In this document: positions 62,701-64,000 of the stretch, piece after piece
Layout: each line of letters starts with the position of its first letter
Position numbering within the stretch: the stretch's first letter is position 1
Sequence record: OR258281.1
DNA length: 64,000 bases
Strand: one strand, 5' to 3'
Notes under the pieces: generated by a model
Told to the model about the DNA's origin: nothing
The model's input: the letters and a program-made list of their open reading frames with translations, nothing else
Databases searched by the model: none
Made by a program: the position numbers and the translations under genes

Positions 62701-64000
62701 TTCTGCACCAGTACTATCATACTGATTATATCCACTGAAGAGTTTTTCATTCATTTTGATTGTACTATTCTGACGACCAACAGCCTGCCATAGTAGTTTA
62801 TTACGTGATACTGTTTTAACATATAGTGTCCAGATACCATCTGAACCAGTAACACGAATACAATCACCTTCCTGATAGTTTTTCTGGTCTGCAATGTCAG
62901 TACTGGTTTCAACTGTAAATTCAGTACTATCATTATAACCATTACTATACCAATCAGTTAGTGACCAGTACTGAGTCATATCTAAATCAGTACCTAGACT
63001 AGAAACATAATCTGCCTGTTTGATAATACTGTGTTTACCAACACCAAGATCAGAAATTGTAATCGGAACAACATTACCATCTGAGCTTGCAGTACGCATT
63101 AACTGTATATAACCTTCATCAGTAATATGTACGAAGTAAACATCAGTATTTGTTAACGGAGATGGCAGTTCACCAGTGGTACTTACCAGAACTGTATCGT
63201 TTTCAACAAATGCTTTATCAGAAACACTAAGAACGTATTGGTTATTATAACTAATAACTTTGAATAACTTCTGGTTAGGGTTAACTTTATTAGTTTTAAC
63301 ATTAAACACAGAGTCCATCAGGACAGTATCAGTAGTAATGTTGATAGTCTTATAAATGCGGTTCATTGCTGAAACGAATTCACGACGAGCTTCCATTACG
63401 TCCATGAACCAAGTTTTATTAGGTTCACAACCAAGTAAAGTACTTGGGTACTGAATTACATTCACTTTATCTTCATCTAATTGTTCTTCACAAGTTAGTG
63501 AGTTGAATAGTGAATTCCAGATATTCGGATTGAAGTTATAATCCATACCTTCTTTACATAACTGGAACTGTTCGTGCTTAACTACTTCAGTTTTATCTTC
63601 CTGATAGTTAATAGTCAGAACACTTTTATCATCAGTAACTAAAGTTTCCTTTGAATTGATGATGAATGAATTACTATCTACCGGAGCGAACCATGGAACA
63701 TTTAGTTCAGATGGATCTTGAAGTGCACGTGCAATTTCATTGATTGTTTTGTTTCTAGAACTAATTTTCGGTACGTATATTGCATTCTGAACCCAAAAAT
63801 AGTAGAATGTTTTATAAGATGAAGTACTTTCATCCCATTCTTCAAATTGTGACCAGTCATCCTGAACAGCAGTACCACTTGGAACCCATGAAGAAGGATC
63901 TTTGTTTAGCTTCTGCTGGATATTACAATATTTTTCCCATTCCAGCGGTGATTTTGGAGATTTAACCCACTCATATACTACAATCTCACCATCCGGTAGT
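59758..64000 (-). CDS. C-terminal part (>1400 aa) of a giant virion structural protein, baseplate-wedge-like
   Basis: Translating upstream of the track ATG (63546) shows no stop up to the window edge (…WFAPVDSNSFII…HEQFQLCKEG MDYNFNP), so the gene starts outside the window. Confidence 0.75.
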   Translation of the reverse strand, partial: LPDGEIVVYEWVKSPKSPLEWEKYCNIQQKLNKDPSSWVPSGTAVQDDWSQFEEWDESTSSYKTFYYFWVQNAIYVPKISSRNKTINEIARALQDPSELNVPWFAPVDSNSFIINSKETLVTDDKSVLTINYQEDKTEVVKHEQFQLCKEGMDYNFNPNIWNSLFNSLTCEEQLDEDKVNVIQYPSTLLGCEPNKTWFMDVMEARREFVSAMNRIYKTINITTDTVLMDSVFNVKTNKVNPNQKLFKVISYNNQYVLSVSDKAFVENDTVLVSTTGELPSPLTNTDVYFVHITDEGYIQLMRTASSDGNVVPITISDLGVGKHSIIKQADYVSSLGTDLDMTQYWSLTDWYSNGYNDSTEFTVETSTDIADQKNYQEGDCIRVTGSDGIWTLYVKTVSRNKLLWQAVGRQNSTIKMNEKLFSGYNQYDSTGAETAIEKNVRQAITLLKSTFDTVQSRMVFDMVKYVHVEQNVVDWVYKTSYIFVVGLEQPLQKNYLQQDDLINQIVEYFEEVKPYRTKIRSQIEQKTSDEDEINGISNDLGPNGYVFENGSWIKVEKDIWDYEYAQYDEIQEKYVTTGSLPSDFVEPQRPFQESNEILVFDNVQCTPDELDSVLALEAVNKKYQSTSQDVLGTGNHFKLQRFKFSTPVVDTSSATSSVLYSLKAKYDFINTNLGYVDAINDAYVTLKDDIEGTEQFTTDLTVLLNEAYKADSGIKEATQYIQYNTLANRLSLYTNKTNETIGYDVNCPFKGIVLNDNPNSRLPFGFSAEPDMNKGYILKSESLYNQFKDLVLKANPAFSEDEVMQYLSYEYGLYSWTQDMDSNGRYYTDTYYVLAGMLNNYVTGDVDSYDVAKAILSTPTVDSYCMVLVPRKYVSVTNQETGVNYTVPMGTGLDEFMEAQAIKDNEVWILNEISLDDLPVDDSNPLYSEVLSLVQSSKNSNEYVDDMNSFDNLALESQYNIVEQKASGVVNSTQDPIFIDISDINPEGRDVANLRFTVDGYGFETPDNTALRDFGNFQIEGLVLQNPYNLKEVLVSIPKYDEALQYLDKMNFNRTEIRYIHRVSDIVNKTGTVTIPNHNLKTGDRVAVFLPDTDDYYEAKVDGTKTLIMNASVIKNQNRPKIFTVSSVSGNNVRIGGLSFANTYSSKNADYIRSSYGTSISVVRVVNFNDASFSPSTGTLYSTSRKYSIASMDYDVFYDRTISSSAFGTDEVDLWYTSNEYGTDPEGNEVDHGFYQPVYGKGALSELVRIVGQEELQIFIYEYDSAVVKPVYDNTNSVWKHTGNVVDGVYIDSVPAKLTYMIKNLEKYYVGAPHSIENIEVINNVVQSGNVSEGDVISVNSEVVEIRNGYMLRGLYNSIERNYVKGTTYNVLAANLGPNVKFEYYSDMFNPIGLDVYTKGLSVSTVGDLLKQK

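Noticed and set aside
59758-63546. Track start at 63546 as the true start
   Set aside because: The frame stays open to the window edge with protein-like sequence, so the gene is 5'-truncated.
63780-63965. 61-aa + strand ORF
   Set aside because: Antisense to the continuing giant structural ORF.

Overview
This 64 kb window (AT-rich, about 35% GC by eye) comes from a large lytic myophage with T4-like morphogenesis genes; no cellular genes, tRNAs or CRISPR arrays were seen. The content resembles the roughly 350 kb enterobacterial jumbo phages of the RaK2/GAP32 type, which is an inference not checked against a database. From left to right: (1) an accessory block for RNA, translation and nucleotide functions (RNA ligase, HAD plus PRTase, DUF2828 vWA protein, LysM-lysozyme, HPF, CCA enzyme, NUDIX, glutaredoxin, YqeY, macrodomain, degenerate Pth2); (2) neck, dNMP kinase, sheath, tube paralogues, gp4-like and acidic head-associated genes; (3) a MoxR-like AAA+ / DUF2201-vWA pair, a SLOG-like protein and thymidylate synthase; (4) a minus-strand cluster of fibres and two AmsF/WceF-like tailspikes; (5) an ART-like gene, gp15/gp14-like neck genes, ClpA and a giant structural ORF that runs off the window. 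The main non-gene signals are a recurrent promoter TGAAAC-N12-TGTNC-TATACT (5 copies with identical spacing), a late promoter (A/C)TAAATA before nearly every structural gene, five late promoters embedded in hairpins that sequester the Shine-Dalgarno site, a strong window-wide excess of GTAC/AGTACT, and a 255-bp tandem duplication that puts a single TAA into an otherwise continuous ORF.
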